Shown in pieces: positions 1 through 9,709 of a stretch of 64,000 nt of DNA (the stretch's first letter is position 1; each line of letters begins with the position of its first letter). A model generated the notes under the pieces. That model was not told the origin of the DNA. It did no database searches and saw only the letters and a list, made by a program, of their open reading frames with translations. The stretch spans positions 9,200-73,199 of the forward strand of contig DASVYC010000054.1 in assembly GCA_036392375.1 (NCBI GenBank), written 5' to 3'. This DNA is from Phycisphaerales bacterium (lineage in GTDB: Bacteria > Planctomycetota > Phycisphaerae > Phycisphaerales > UBA1924). The position numbers were made by a program, and so were the translations under genes.

Positions 1-88
1 AGCAGTCCACGCAGTGCCCGCACCCTCGCGGCGGATCATCCCCCCTCACTCATTCACCCTTCACCTCATCCCCACCGACGGAGCCACC

Positions 89-577
89 ATGTCCACCACC
101 CTGACGCCCCGCGAAAAGCCCCTTGCCGTCGGCGAGATCGCCCCGAACTTCACCCTCAAGGATCAGAACCGCGCCGACTGGACGCTGAGCGACGCCGTCA
201 AGAAGGGTGACGTGGTTCTGTGCTTCTACCCCCTGGCGTTCACGAGCGTCTGCAGCACCGAGATGAAGTGCGTGAGCGACGAGATGGCGAAGTGGTCGAG
301 CAAGGGTTCGCAGGTCGTCGGCATCTCCTGCGACTCGTTCGCGGTGCAGGCCGAGTGGGCCAAGCAGCTCGGGCTCAAGCAGACCCTGCTCGCCGACATG
401 CACCGCGAGGTGTGCAAGGCCTACGGCCTGTACTGGAAGGACCTCAACGTCTCGCAGCGCGGCACGGTCGTGATCGGCCAGTCGGCCGACGGCGTGGCGA
501 AGGTCAAGTGGACCCAGAACCGCGAGCCGGGCAAGGCGATGAACTTCGAGGAAGTGCTGGCGTGGCTGGCGCGGTGA
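89..577 (+). CDS. peroxiredoxin (AhpC/TSA thioredoxin-fold family)
   Basis: ORF 14..577; in-frame ATG at 89 gives MSTTLTPREKPL. The peroxidatic-Cys motif FYPLAFTSVCSTE is typical of AhpC/TSA peroxiredoxins. Confidence 0.85.
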   Translation: MSTTLTPREKPLAVGEIAPNFTLKDQNRADWTLSDAVKKGDVVLCFYPLAFTSVCSTEMKCVSDEMAKWSSKGSQVVGISCDSFAVQAEWAKQLGLKQTLLADMHREVCKAYGLYWKDLNVSQRGTVVIGQSADGVAKVKWTQNREPGKAMNFEEVLAWLAR

Positions 578-659
578 GCCGCCGACGCAACCGACGATTT
601 CCCCTCCGCGCGGCCCGTCGCCTCGCGGATTCGCTATTGGTCGCGCGTACCCTGCGGGT

Positions 660-2360
660 ATGAGCCGCTTTCCTCTCGTCCTCATCATCCGCGACGGCTG
701 GGGCATGAACCCAAACCCGTCGCACGATTCCTTCAACGCCGTCAAGCTCGCCAAGACGCCGGTCGCCGATCGGCTGATGCGTGAGTATCCCTGGACGCTC
801 ATCAAGACCAGCGGCGAGGACGTGGGCCTGCCCGACGGCACGATGGGCAACAGCGAGGTCGGGCACCAGAACATCGGGGCCGGGCGGGTGGTGCCGCAGG
901 AATCGCTGGTGATGACCAAGGCGTGCGAGACGGGGCTGCACACCAACAAGGCGATCGCGGCGGCGGTGGCGCACGCGAAGCAGAAGAACAGCAACCTGCA
1001 CCTGCTCGGCATCAACTCCGACGCCGGCGTGCACGGGCTGCTCGAGCATCTGTATGCGATTCTCGCGGCCACGAAGACCCTGGGGCTCGATGGATCGCGG
1101 GTGTTCCTGCACATGTTCACCGACGGGCGCGACACCGGGCCGTACACGGGGCTGGGGTTCACCAAGGCGGTGGAAGAGAAGTGCAAGCAGCTCGGCGTGG
1201 GAAGGGTCGCGAGCGTGATGGGTCGGTATTACGCGATGGACCGCGACCACCGCTGGGAGCGGGTGCAGATCGCGTTTGATTGCCTGACTGGACGGGGCCT
1301 GGAAGGCCCCGTCCCGACTGCTGCGTCGGCGGCCGCGGCGATTCAGCACTACTACGACAACCCCTCGGGCGAGACCTTGAAGGGCGACGAGTTCGTCACT
1401 CCCACGGCAGTCGGAACGCCGGAGCAGATCGCGGCGTCGCGCATCAAGGACGGCGATAGCGTCATCTTCTACAACTACCGGGGCGATCGGCCGCGGGAGA
1501 TCTCGGCCGCGTTCGTCTTCCCGGACGACAAGTGGGCGAAGGTGAAGCCCTCGCCGGACTCGGGGAAAAACGGGTTCGACCGTGGCCGCAAGCTCGATCT
1601 GTTCTATGTGACGATGACGGATTACTGGGAGGCGTTGACGCCGTTCGTGTCGGCGGTGGCGTTCCCGAAGCCGCCTCGGATGGTGAACATCGCGGGCGAG
1701 TGGATCAGCAAGCAGACCGGCAAGGCGAGCAACCTGCACCAGTTCCGCTGCGCGGAAACCGAGAAGTACCCGCACGTCACGTTCTTTTTCAACGACTACC
1801 GCGAGGAGCCGTTCCCGGGCGAGACGCGCGAGAACCCGCCGAGCCCGAAGGTGAAGACGTACGACATGAAGCCCGAGATGTCGGCGGAGGAGATCCGCGA
1901 CGCGGTGCTGCGGCGGATCGCGGCCCCGGATTGCGAGGAGCTGATCGTCGTCAACTTCGCCAACGCCGACATGGTCGGGCACACCGGCAGTCTGCCGGCC
2001 GCCGTCAAGGCCTGCGAGACGGTGGACGCCTGCGTGGGCCGGCTCGTCGATGCCACGCTCGCACGGGGCGGGTCGCTGATCGTCACCGCCGACCACGGCA
2101 ACAGCGAGCAGATGTTCGATCCCGCGACCAACGCCCCGCACACGGCCCACACGACCTACGACGTCCCGTTGATCGTCGTGGGTGAGCGGTTCAAGGGCAA
2201 GAAGCTCCGCGGCGACCAGGACGCCTCGGGCTGGTTCAAGCCCGAGGTGCGAGCCAAGAGAGGACGACTGGCCGACATCATGCCGACGGCGTTGGCGATG
2301 ATGGGGCTGCCTCAGCCGACCGAGATGACCGGAACATCGCTTCTGGCTGATGAACGCTGA
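660..2360 (+). CDS. gpmI: 2,3-bisphosphoglycerate-independent phosphoglycerate mutase
   Basis: 566-aa ORF with full-length iPGM-like sequence, including DGWG and MGNSEVGHQNIGAGR motifs and C-terminal ADHGN. Confidence 0.95.
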   Translation: MSRFPLVLIIRDGWGMNPNPSHDSFNAVKLAKTPVADRLMREYPWTLIKTSGEDVGLPDGTMGNSEVGHQNIGAGRVVPQESLVMTKACETGLHTNKAIAAAVAHAKQKNSNLHLLGINSDAGVHGLLEHLYAILAATKTLGLDGSRVFLHMFTDGRDTGPYTGLGFTKAVEEKCKQLGVGRVASVMGRYYAMDRDHRWERVQIAFDCLTGRGLEGPVPTAASAAAAIQHYYDNPSGETLKGDEFVTPTAVGTPEQIAASRIKDGDSVIFYNYRGDRPREISAAFVFPDDKWAKVKPSPDSGKNGFDRGRKLDLFYVTMTDYWEALTPFVSAVAFPKPPRMVNIAGEWISKQTGKASNLHQFRCAETEKYPHVTFFFNDYREEPFPGETRENPPSPKVKTYDMKPEMSAEEIRDAVLRRIAAPDCEELIVVNFANADMVGHTGSLPAAVKACETVDACVGRLVDATLARGGSLIVTADHGNSEQMFDPATNAPHTAHTTYDVPLIVVGERFKGKKLRGDQDASGWFKPEVRAKRGRLADIMPTALAMMGLPQPTEMTGTSLLADER

Positions 2361-2495
2361 CCCGCTGAAATCGGGGGGCTCATCGCGACGGTGCGGTCGC
2401 CGAAGATCCGAAGCGAATGGCAGGACCTGATCGGCATTCCTCTTGCTCCGTGCATCAGCTTCCGATACAAAGGAGGCCTCGGGAAAAGCACGGAG

Positions 2496-4952
2496 ATGAG
2501 TTCCATGGGCGATTCGGTCCTGCGCGGTCGGTGTGGGATGCTTGCGGTCGTGCTGGCGGCGGGTTCGTTAGCGGCCGCGGCTTGGGGACAGCTGACGATC
2601 ACGCAGATCAGCCGCAACCTCGGCGGCGGATCGACTGCCCGGGGCTGGCAGGCGGTGGTCGATCTGACCAGTCCGCGGGTCCGGATCGTGACCACGGCGC
2701 CCTCGCTGACGGCCACCGGTGGCGACTCCCTTCTCATGACCGCGCCGACCTTCCGCACCAACACCGGTGCCCGCGTCGCGATCAACGCGAACTTCTACGG
2801 CACGGTTTCCAGCACGGTCGGTGACATTATCGGGCTGTCAGCGATCAACGGCAACGTCATCTCGCCGGTGCGGCAATTCGGTTCCTTCCCCGATCCGGCG
2901 ATCACCTTCGATCGCAACAAACTCGCAAAGATCGATTACATCACGGCGGCGGATTCGAGCGTCTTCGACGCGGTCGCGGGCGTGGGGCCGAGCAACAGCG
3001 ACAGCGACCCGGGCACGATGCTCGTGATCGACGGCGTGAACACCGGGGCCACGGCGCGGGTGCAGCCGACGACCCGGACCGCGCGAACGGCGGTCGGCAT
3101 CAACCAGGCGGGCACGACGCTCTACATGGTCACGTTCGATGTCGGCGGGACGTCATCGGGCATCAACCTGTCCGAGCTGGGTTCGTACATGATCTCGATC
3201 GGAGCGAGGAGGGCGATCAACCTCGACGGCGGGGGCAGCACGAGCTTCTCGGCGACGCTGGACAACGGGACCGTGGTGCAGAACTCGCCTAGCGGCGGGT
3301 CGTTCCGCGCGGTGGCGAATCACCTTGGTGTGGTGCTCCAGCCCGCGAATGCCGTGTACCGAACGACGCGTCCGATCCGCGGCGCATGGCTGCGGCCGCC
3401 GGGCGGAAACACCGCCAGTTCCACGCCCTCCACCGACGGGTTTCTGACGACCATCTCCGCGCTCGCCCAGGCGGGCATCACCGACGTGTTCCTCGAGACG
3501 CTGTACTGGGGCAAGGACACGGGTCGCAACAACGATCCCAACTTCCCGGCGCGGTTCAACAGCGACTATCTGCAGAGCGCGATCACCCTCGCGGCACGCT
3601 ACGGCATCCGCATCCACGCGTGGTGCGAGACCGGGTATCTCGATTTCGGGGCCAATCCCTCGGCATTCCTCGCCGCCAACCCGGACTTCGTGGTGGACAA
3701 CCGCGATCCGGCGGTGACGATCACCGGCGATCTGGCAAACCAGCGATTCGTGAACCTCGGCAACCCGGGTGTGCGGTCGGCACTCAATGGCTACTTCGGG
3801 CGCTTGGCCACGAACTACAAGGGCCTGTTCGGGATCCAAGCCGATTATCACTTCTTCCCGCTCTCCACCAACGGCTGGGCGCCGTGGTCCTATGACGCGT
3901 GGGCGGTCAACGCGTTCCAGCAGCAGTTCGGGCGCGACCCACGCACGACCTCGAACACCAGCGGCTCGACGTACGACTCGCAGTGGCTGAGCTGGAACCG
4001 CGGCAACGTGACCGAGGCGTTGGTGCAGATACGTAACGCCGTGGACGCGGTGAGCAGCCGCCCGGTCTTCAGCGCGGTCGCATTCGCCGACTGGAACGGC
4101 GTGACCCACACCAGCAAGATGATCGACCTGCCGTCGTGGGGCACGAGCGATGCGGCCGAGCTGTACTTTGTGATGTCGTACTTCACCACCGCCAGCGCCA
4201 TCAATACGGACCTGCAGCGGGCCCAGGCGGCGCTCCCGGGCAAGCGGATCGTGGCGGGACTGGCCAATCTCACCAACCAGACACGCCCGTCGATTCTCGA
4301 TCAGCTCAACACCGCGCGGCTGCGCGGAATCGAGGACTGGTGCTGGTTCGATGCCCCCACTCTCAACAGCAACCCGGCCATGCGGGCCGATATCCGCAAC
4401 TGGATCCTCAACGCCGCCACGCAGCAACGCGGCGACTTCAACGAGGACGGCTGGATCGACGCAATGGACTGGCAGTACTTTCGATCGATCTACAGCGGGA
4501 CGCCGGTGACGGTCGGGAACACGAACCGGCGCCTCGATTACAACGGCGACAACGCGATCAACGAGGCTGACTGGGAGGCGTTCAGGGCCGAGTTCTCGAA
4601 GTTCCGCTTCGGCGAGGACGGCGTCGTCGACCAACGCAGCGTCGAGGCCTTGCAGCAGTGCTTCAACGGGCGCCAGGTGCTCACGGGCGTGTTGCATCTG
4701 TACGATCTCAACGGCGATGGGATCGTTGACTACTCGGACCAACTGCTTCTGCACACGCTGCTGACCGTTGACATCGGGCTCGACCTCGACGTCAACCGCA
4801 GCGGTGGCTTCGATCTCAACGATGTGTACAAGCAGAACCAGTCGCCAATCGACGTCAACCGCGACGGGATCGTGAACGCCAAGGACCTCGAAGACCTTAC
4901 GAACGAATACCTCAAGGACTGGGAGGCCGAGCAATCGGCCGGGCGTCGCTAG
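2496..4952 (+). CDS. secreted multidomain protein: phosphodiester glycosidase (NAGPA-like) + GH-like TIM barrel (GHL10/DUF187-like) + dockerin/EF-hand-type Ca loops
   Basis: ORF 2391..4952; ATG 2496 gives a signal-like N-terminus (MLAVVLAAGSLAAAAWGQ). NAGPA-like AINANFYG and INLDGGGSTSF; GHL10-like VFLETLYWG and IHAWCETGY. Five C-terminal DxNxDGxIxxxD loops (DFNEDGWIDAMD, DYNGDNAINEAD, DLNGDGIVDYSD, DVNRSGGFDLND, DVNRDGIVNAKD). Confidence 0.75.
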   Translation: MSSMGDSVLRGRCGMLAVVLAAGSLAAAAWGQLTITQISRNLGGGSTARGWQAVVDLTSPRVRIVTTAPSLTATGGDSLLMTAPTFRTNTGARVAINANFYGTVSSTVGDIIGLSAINGNVISPVRQFGSFPDPAITFDRNKLAKIDYITAADSSVFDAVAGVGPSNSDSDPGTMLVIDGVNTGATARVQPTTRTARTAVGINQAGTTLYMVTFDVGGTSSGINLSELGSYMISIGARRAINLDGGGSTSFSATLDNGTVVQNSPSGGSFRAVANHLGVVLQPANAVYRTTRPIRGAWLRPPGGNTASSTPSTDGFLTTISALAQAGITDVFLETLYWGKDTGRNNDPNFPARFNSDYLQSAITLAARYGIRIHAWCETGYLDFGANPSAFLAANPDFVVDNRDPAVTITGDLANQRFVNLGNPGVRSALNGYFGRLATNYKGLFGIQADYHFFPLSTNGWAPWSYDAWAVNAFQQQFGRDPRTTSNTSGSTYDSQWLSWNRGNVTEALVQIRNAVDAVSSRPVFSAVAFADWNGVTHTSKMIDLPSWGTSDAAELYFVMSYFTTASAINTDLQRAQAALPGKRIVAGLANLTNQTRPSILDQLNTARLRGIEDWCWFDAPTLNSNPAMRADIRNWILNAATQQRGDFNEDGWIDAMDWQYFRSIYSGTPVTVGNTNRRLDYNGDNAINEADWEAFRAEFSKFRFGEDGVVDQRSVEALQQCFNGRQVLTGVLHLYDLNGDGIVDYSDQLLLHTLLTVDIGLDLDVNRSGGFDLNDVYKQNQSPIDVNRDGIVNAKDLEDLTNEYLKDWEAEQSAGRR

Positions 4953-5070
4953 TCAAGCTGGGCAATCTGGCGTCGCCGCATCGACGCATTGTGTCTGAGA
5001 ATGTCACGGTTTTGGGGAAGGTGCATTGAGCGAGTCGCAGTCTCATCCGATCTGAGCATGGGAGGCACCG

Positions 5071-5400
5071 ATGGCTGAACCGACATCCCCCATGCCGCTG
5101 CGCAGCACGCTCGCGTCCGATCCGGACATGGTGGAGCTGGTGCAGGAGTTCGTGCAAGAACTGCCCAACCGGGCCGCGACGCTGGAGTCACTCCTGACTG
5201 CGTCGTCATTCTCGGACCTGCGTCGCCTGGCTCATCAGCTCAAGGGCGCCGCCGGGGGCTACGGCTTCTCGCCTATCAGCGAGAGCGCCGCCAAGGTTGA
5301 GACAACCCTCCGCGAAGACGTGTCAGGCGAGCAAGTGCAGGTGCTGCGCTCGCAGGTGGAAGAGCTGGTGGGTTTGTGCCGCCGCGCGACAGCGGGATGA
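5071..5400 (+). CDS. Hpt (histidine phosphotransfer) domain protein
   Basis: 109-aa ORF with GGGAGG upstream of the ATG. Carries the Hpt phospho-His motif LAHQLKGAAGGYGF. Confidence 0.8.
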   Translation: MAEPTSPMPLRSTLASDPDMVELVQEFVQELPNRAATLESLLTASSFSDLRRLAHQLKGAAGGYGFSPISESAAKVETTLREDVSGEQVQVLRSQVEELVGLCRRATAG

Positions 5401-5515
5401 CACCTGACGCGTAATCCTGCTCACGAGAACGGGTGGGTCAGCCGAAAACCTAGGCAATTGGAGAGGTCCTGGCGGGCCTCGGTGGGGACTTGATCCGGCC
5501 CGGCGGGAATCTCGG

Positions 5516-6490
5516 ATGACGAGCAGCGCTGACAATACCTCAGGAAGCCGAAGCCGCGTGCTGGTCGTCGATGACTCGCCCGACGTGCACCGTCTGCTGC
5601 GAGCGAGACTCAAGCAGGAAGAGATCGAGATCATTTCGGCCGAATCGGGCGGGGTGGGCCTCGAAGAGGTCGCCAAGCAGCGGCCGTCGCTGGTGCTGCT
5701 CGACCTGGACATGCCCGGGATGGACGGGTTCGAGTTCCTCCGCAAAATGAAGGAAGACGCCGCCACGCACCACATCCCGGTGGTGATCCTCTCGGCGTTG
5801 TCGAATCCGCAGGACAAGGTGGCGGCGTTCGACCTGGGCGCGCACGACTTTGTCACCAAGCCCTTTGAGCTCACGGAGCTGCGGGTGCGCATCCGCGCGG
5901 CCTTGCGCATGAACGCGCTGCTGCAGATGCTGTCGCAGCGAGCCCAGATCGACGGGCTCACGGGTCTGTGGAATCGCGCGTACTTCGATCAGCGTGTGCA
6001 GGACGAGGTGGCGCGTGTGCAGCGTCACCCGGGGCCGCTATCGATCGCGTTCATTGACGCAGACCACTTCAAATCGGTCAACGACACGTTCGGGCATCCG
6101 GCGGGCGATGCGGTGCTGCAGGGCATCGGACGAACGCTGCTGCGGTGCATCCGCCAGACCGACGTGGCGTGCCGCTACGGCGGTGAGGAGTTCGTGCTGA
6201 TCATGCCGGCGACGCCGCCGGCGGATGCACACGCGCTGTGCGACCGCATCCGCTCGACGATCGAGTCGCTGGTTTGGCCGCGTCATCCGGAACGGAAGGT
6301 GACGGTCTCGATGGGCGTGGCGGGCTCGAGCACGGGTGCGGGGCTGACCGCGGCGGCGTGGGTCGAGGCGGCGGACCAGTGCGTGTACAACGCGAAGAAA
6401 TCCGGGCGCAATCGGGTCGTAATGAACGACCTCTCGGCCGGAAAGGTCGCTGCCGCTCCGGCACCGGCGCCGCTGCGCAAGGCGAGCTGA
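5516..6490 (+). CDS. response regulator receiver + GGDEF diguanylate cyclase (PleD-like)
   Basis: N-terminal REC domain (VLVVDDS, LVLLDLDMPGMDG, VTKPF). C-terminal GGDEF domain with active site GGEEF, and an RxxD I-site (RQTD) five residues upstream. Confidence 0.9.
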   Translation: MTSSADNTSGSRSRVLVVDDSPDVHRLLRARLKQEEIEIISAESGGVGLEEVAKQRPSLVLLDLDMPGMDGFEFLRKMKEDAATHHIPVVILSALSNPQDKVAAFDLGAHDFVTKPFELTELRVRIRAALRMNALLQMLSQRAQIDGLTGLWNRAYFDQRVQDEVARVQRHPGPLSIAFIDADHFKSVNDTFGHPAGDAVLQGIGRTLLRCIRQTDVACRYGGEEFVLIMPATPPADAHALCDRIRSTIESLVWPRHPERKVTVSMGVAGSSTGAGLTAAAWVEAADQCVYNAKKSGRNRVVMNDLSAGKVAAAPAPAPLRKAS

Positions 6491-6512
6491 GAACCCCGGA
6501 ACGGGGATCGGA

Positions 6513-7157
6513 TCAGAACGGGAACATGAGCCCGGTGAAGACCATCACGCCGTCGCGTGAGGGGTTGGCGGAATCGCCGTTGATGCGGGCGTTGGAGATG
6601 TGGTGCCAGCGGACGCCGCCCTGAAGGCGCAGGCCGTTGTCGGTGAGTTGGTAGGTGAAGCCGACGCCGGCGCGGGGGAGGAAGTTGAAGCTGGTGCCGC
6701 CGTCGGGGACCTCGCCGCCGGCGCCGAGCAGACCGACTCCGGCCTCGGCGAAGAGCGACCAGGTTTTCTTGTTCACAAAGTGCCAGCGGAAGGCGATCGT
6801 GGCGCTGCCGCCGCCCTGATCTTCGCCGGGCTGATTGAAGTACCAGCCTGCACCCTCGAGAGAGAACTCAAAGTCCTGCACGAGGAAGTAGTTCCACGCG
6901 ACGGAGCCATTGATGTCGGTGGCGGATTGGCTGTCGGTGCGGCAGAAGGCGACGCCGGCGCCGACGGTGATGGCCTGCCAGCCGGGAGAGCCGAAGGCCT
7001 TGACGGCGGGCTTGGCGTCATCCGCGAGCCGCGCGGCGGCGGCAGACATCGAGAACGACGCGGGGGACACGTCGAGCGTGGAACCCTCGGCGAGAGCCGG
7101 GGCGGCGGACGCGAACAGGGAGAGAGCGGCGGCGACGCTAGCAGGAATCCGTTCCAT
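6513..7157 (-). CDS. outer-membrane acyloxyacyl hydrolase / lipid A 3-O-deacylase (PagL family)
   Basis: Real start taken at the ATG ending at 7157 (MERIPASVAAALSLFASAAPALA, a signal peptide). Beta-barrel-like alternating sequence, HHISNA His/Ser motif, C-terminal Phe. The longer ORF up to 7679 is Arg/Pro-rich and treated as an artefact. Confidence 0.72.
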   Translation of the reverse strand: MERIPASVAAALSLFASAAPALAEGSTLDVSPASFSMSAAAARLADDAKPAVKAFGSPGWQAITVGAGVAFCRTDSQSATDINGSVAWNYFLVQDFEFSLEGAGWYFNQPGEDQGGGSATIAFRWHFVNKKTWSLFAEAGVGLLGAGGEVPDGGTSFNFLPRAGVGFTYQLTDNGLRLQGGVRWHHISNARINGDSANPSRDGVMVFTGLMFPF

Positions 7158-7225
7158 GGCAGGAATGTAGCCGATCCGAGCGAGGTCTGCCCGGCCCGTG
7201 GCGGGCGAGGGGTGAGAGGCGGCTC

Positions 7226-7492
7226 GTGCGGCAACAATGCGGCGTGAGCGATCACTCGAACGAACACGATTCGGTGCAGGCCCGCCTGCAGCGGTTGGAA
7301 GAGGCGCAGCTTTACGCCCAGCACGACCACGAAGCCGTGCTCGCGGCGTTGGAGGATCTGTCGCAGCGGTTCGAGACGCTGATGTTGAAGCTGAACCGCC
7401 TGGAATCACGGGTGCAAGAAACGAGCAAGCCATGGGACGAGCCCAGGCCGGGCGATGGGGCGGATGACCAATCTGGCTCAGAGCCTCGCTAG
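7226..7492 (+). CDS. slyX: SlyX-family coiled-coil protein
   Basis: 88-aa ORF with a GTG start. The heptad-rich RLQRLEEAQLYAQHDHEAVLAALEDLSQRFETLMLKLNRLESRV resembles SlyX. Exact start uncertain (alternative GTG at 7244). Confidence 0.55.
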   Translation: MRQQCGVSDHSNEHDSVQARLQRLEEAQLYAQHDHEAVLAALEDLSQRFETLMLKLNRLESRVQETSKPWDEPRPGDGADDQSGSEPR

Positions 7493-8625
7493 TCGTTCCC
7501 CGGCCAGCCCCCGTGCAGGAACTTGCCGTCCTTGTGGAAGACCTCGCCGTCGGCGGCGATGGTGCCGCCGCTGCGGAGGTCGCAGACCATGTCCCAGTGC
7601 AGACCGCTCTCGTTGGTGCTGCCGCTCTCGGGATAACCGGCCCCCACCGCCGCGTGGAACGTGCCACCGATTTTCTCATCGAAGAGCGTGTTGCGGCTGA
7701 ATTCGGTGATGGAGTAGTTGGTGCCGATCGCGATCTCGCCCATCACGCGGGCGCCCGCGTCCTGGTCGAGCATCTTGATCAGGAAGTCTTCGTTCTTCTT
7801 CGCGGAGGCGTCCACGACGCGGCCGCCCTTGAAGACCAAGCGGACGCCTTCGACTTCCTTGCCCTGATAAACGGCGGGGAAGGTGTAGTTCACGTGGCCG
7901 TCGACGCCCTGAGGCCCGGCGAAGACCTCGCCGTCGGGGAAGTTCTCGTGGCCGTCGCAGTTGATCCAGGTGGACTTGGAGACGTTGACCCGCAGGTCGG
8001 TGCCGTCGTGCCCGTTGCGTGCCGGGACTTTGAAGTGGACTTCTTTCTTGCCCTGGAGGAATGCGCGGACGCGTTCCTGTTTCTCGCTGATCTTCTTCCA
8101 CGCGGCCGCGGGGTCGGGGAGATGCAGCAGACCGGCGCGATAGACGAAATCGGCGTACTGCTCGAGGCTCATCTCGGCGTCTTGGGCGCTGGCGTTGGTC
8201 GGGTATTGCGTGCCCGTCCAGCGCAGCTCCTTCTTCGCGGCCCGCTCCATGAAGACCTTCATGAACGGGCGGCGGGCGTTCTGCTGCCTGGCGATCTTCT
8301 CGCTGGGGAATCGCGAGAGGCTCTTAGTGTTGTTCTCCGACCAGAAGGCGATCTGCACGTCGATGCGCCCGATGCGTTCCATGTCGAGTGGATTGAGGAA
8401 CGCGATCTGTTCGTCGCTGCCGTGCGAGAGCATGAGTTCGGCAAGCCGCTCAGATTGGATGACCAGGAAGGGGTGGCCGCCGGCCTTGAGCACGGCGGCG
8501 TATGTCGCCTCGATGGCTGGCCAGGCGTTGTAGTCGCCGCGGATGGCGACGAGGTCGCCCTTTTTGACGCGAGTGGAATAGTTGACGAGGACGTCGGCGA
8601 GCTTGAGGATCCGTGGGTCGTGCAT
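7489..8625 (-). CDS. aminopeptidase, M29 (AmpS/PepS/aminopeptidase T) family
   Basis: 378-aa ORF starting MHDPRILKLADVLVNYSTRVKKGDLV. Full-length resemblance to thermophilic metalloprotease M29 aminopeptidases. Confidence 0.85.
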   Translation of the reverse strand: MHDPRILKLADVLVNYSTRVKKGDLVAIRGDYNAWPAIEATYAAVLKAGGHPFLVIQSERLAELMLSHGSDEQIAFLNPLDMERIGRIDVQIAFWSENNTKSLSRFPSEKIARQQNARRPFMKVFMERAAKKELRWTGTQYPTNASAQDAEMSLEQYADFVYRAGLLHLPDPAAAWKKISEKQERVRAFLQGKKEVHFKVPARNGHDGTDLRVNVSKSTWINCDGHENFPDGEVFAGPQGVDGHVNYTFPAVYQGKEVEGVRLVFKGGRVVDASAKKNEDFLIKMLDQDAGARVMGEIAIGTNYSITEFSRNTLFDEKIGGTFHAAVGAGYPESGSTNESGLHWDMVCDLRSGGTIAADGEVFHKDGKFLHGGWPGND

Positions 8626-8807
8626 GATGAGAGCATACCGAGGGGTGGGGCGTGGGTTTCGGCAGGCTGGGGCTCGGGTGCCACAGGTTGTCTGCTCTGA
8701 GCCAACCCGTGCATAGTGCTCCGATCTTCCTCTTGCGTCATTCGATCACGACGCGTCGACACGTCATGGCACAGAGCGGCCAAGCCGTGGCACCCGGCGC
8801 ATCGGAT

Positions 8808-9689
8808 TCAGGTTTCGCCGCCGCCGCGGAGTCGGGGGGCCTCTGCCCATCGCAGCTTGTGGATCAGCGTGGACCAGTACGACGACTTGCGGTTCTCGAC
8901 GAAGCGTGCGGGGCGGGCGTGCTTGGTGATGCAGATGACGTCGCCCTCGCGGATGAGCGTGTGCACCTGGCCGTCCATAACGAGCGTGGTGCCGCCGCCG
9001 TGGCAGTCGTCGTTGACGCGGGTGACGGCGATCTCAATATCGCTGTCGGCGGGTACGACGATGGGTCGGAAGCTGAGCGAGTGAGCGGCGATGGGCGTGA
9101 GGGCGATGGCGTCGAGACGAGGCGAGACAATGGGCCCGCCGACGGAGAGGTTGTACGCGGTGGAGCCGGTGGAGGTGCTGACGATGAGGCCGTCGCCGCT
9201 GACACGGGGTCCGACGTTGTCGTCGATGAAGATGGCCATGCCGATCATGCGGAAGGGCGGGCCGGCGGTGAGCACGCAGTCGTTGACGGCGAGCGAGGAG
9301 AATCGGACACCTCCGGTGGAATCAACCACCCGGGCCTCGAGCATCGGGAACTCGCGGACGGGGAGCTCGATGCCGGTGAAGATCGCGGAGGCGGCGGTTG
9401 CGAACGCGCCCAGGTCGAACTCGGCCATGAAGCCGAGCTTGCCGAAGTTGATGCCGAGCATCGGCTTGTTGAGGTGCTCGCAGCGTCGGAGCTGGCTGAG
9501 GATGGTGCCGTCGCCACCGAGAACGATGATGAGGTCGGCATTCGACGCGCTGGATGGCAGCGTCTCGATGCCAGCCTCGGCTTCACCAACGAGTGTGCCG
9601 TGCTTCTCGATGAGCGAGCGCACCAAGCCCGACGCTTCGCCGGCCTCGGGCTTGTCGGTGTTGACGATCAGGAACGCTCGGCGGCGCAT
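8808..9689 (-). CDS. nadK: NAD+ kinase
   Basis: 293-aa ORF with the GGDGT motif (IIVLGGDGTIL) and NADK-type C-terminal beta domain. Confidence 0.9.
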   Translation of the reverse strand: MRRRAFLIVNTDKPEAGEASGLVRSLIEKHGTLVGEAEAGIETLPSSASNADLIIVLGGDGTILSQLRRCEHLNKPMLGINFGKLGFMAEFDLGAFATAASAIFTGIELPVREFPMLEARVVDSTGGVRFSSLAVNDCVLTAGPPFRMIGMAIFIDDNVGPRVSGDGLIVSTSTGSTAYNLSVGGPIVSPRLDAIALTPIAAHSLSFRPIVVPADSDIEIAVTRVNDDCHGGGTTLVMDGQVHTLIREGDVICITKHARPARFVENRKSSYWSTLIHKLRWAEAPRLRGGGET

Positions 9690-9709
9690 GGGCGGAGTTT
9701 ATGGTCGCG

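Noticed and set aside
504-2150. Very long ORFs lying antisense to recognised genes. Examples: 504..2150(-), 3153..4934(-), 8652..10250(+), 13977..15287(+), 37277..38752(+), 40043..41617(+), 46568..48148(+), 50383..52467(-), 55252..56220(+), 60444..61934(+).
   Set aside because: Their translations are Arg/Gly/Ala/Pro/Asp-rich low-complexity strings with no motifs. Each fully overlaps a gene with clear family signatures on the other strand. This is typical stop-codon-poor shadow ORF behaviour in high-GC DNA.
6491-6512. Bidirectional terminator between the convergent GGDEF and PagL genes (CCCCG-GAA-CGGGG).
   Set aside because: Only a 5-bp stem with a 3-nt loop and no U-tract on either strand. 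This is too weak to annotate.
7158-7679. N-terminal extensions of real genes in the ORF track: 6513..7679, 12083..13477, 20136..21419, 48277..50148, 55291..57879, 13596..15134 and 15113..16759.
   Set aside because: The extra N-terminal parts are Arg/Pro-rich and overlap neighbouring genes or strong terminators. Internal starts yield proper signal peptides, canonical N-termini or 4-nt coupling overlaps.
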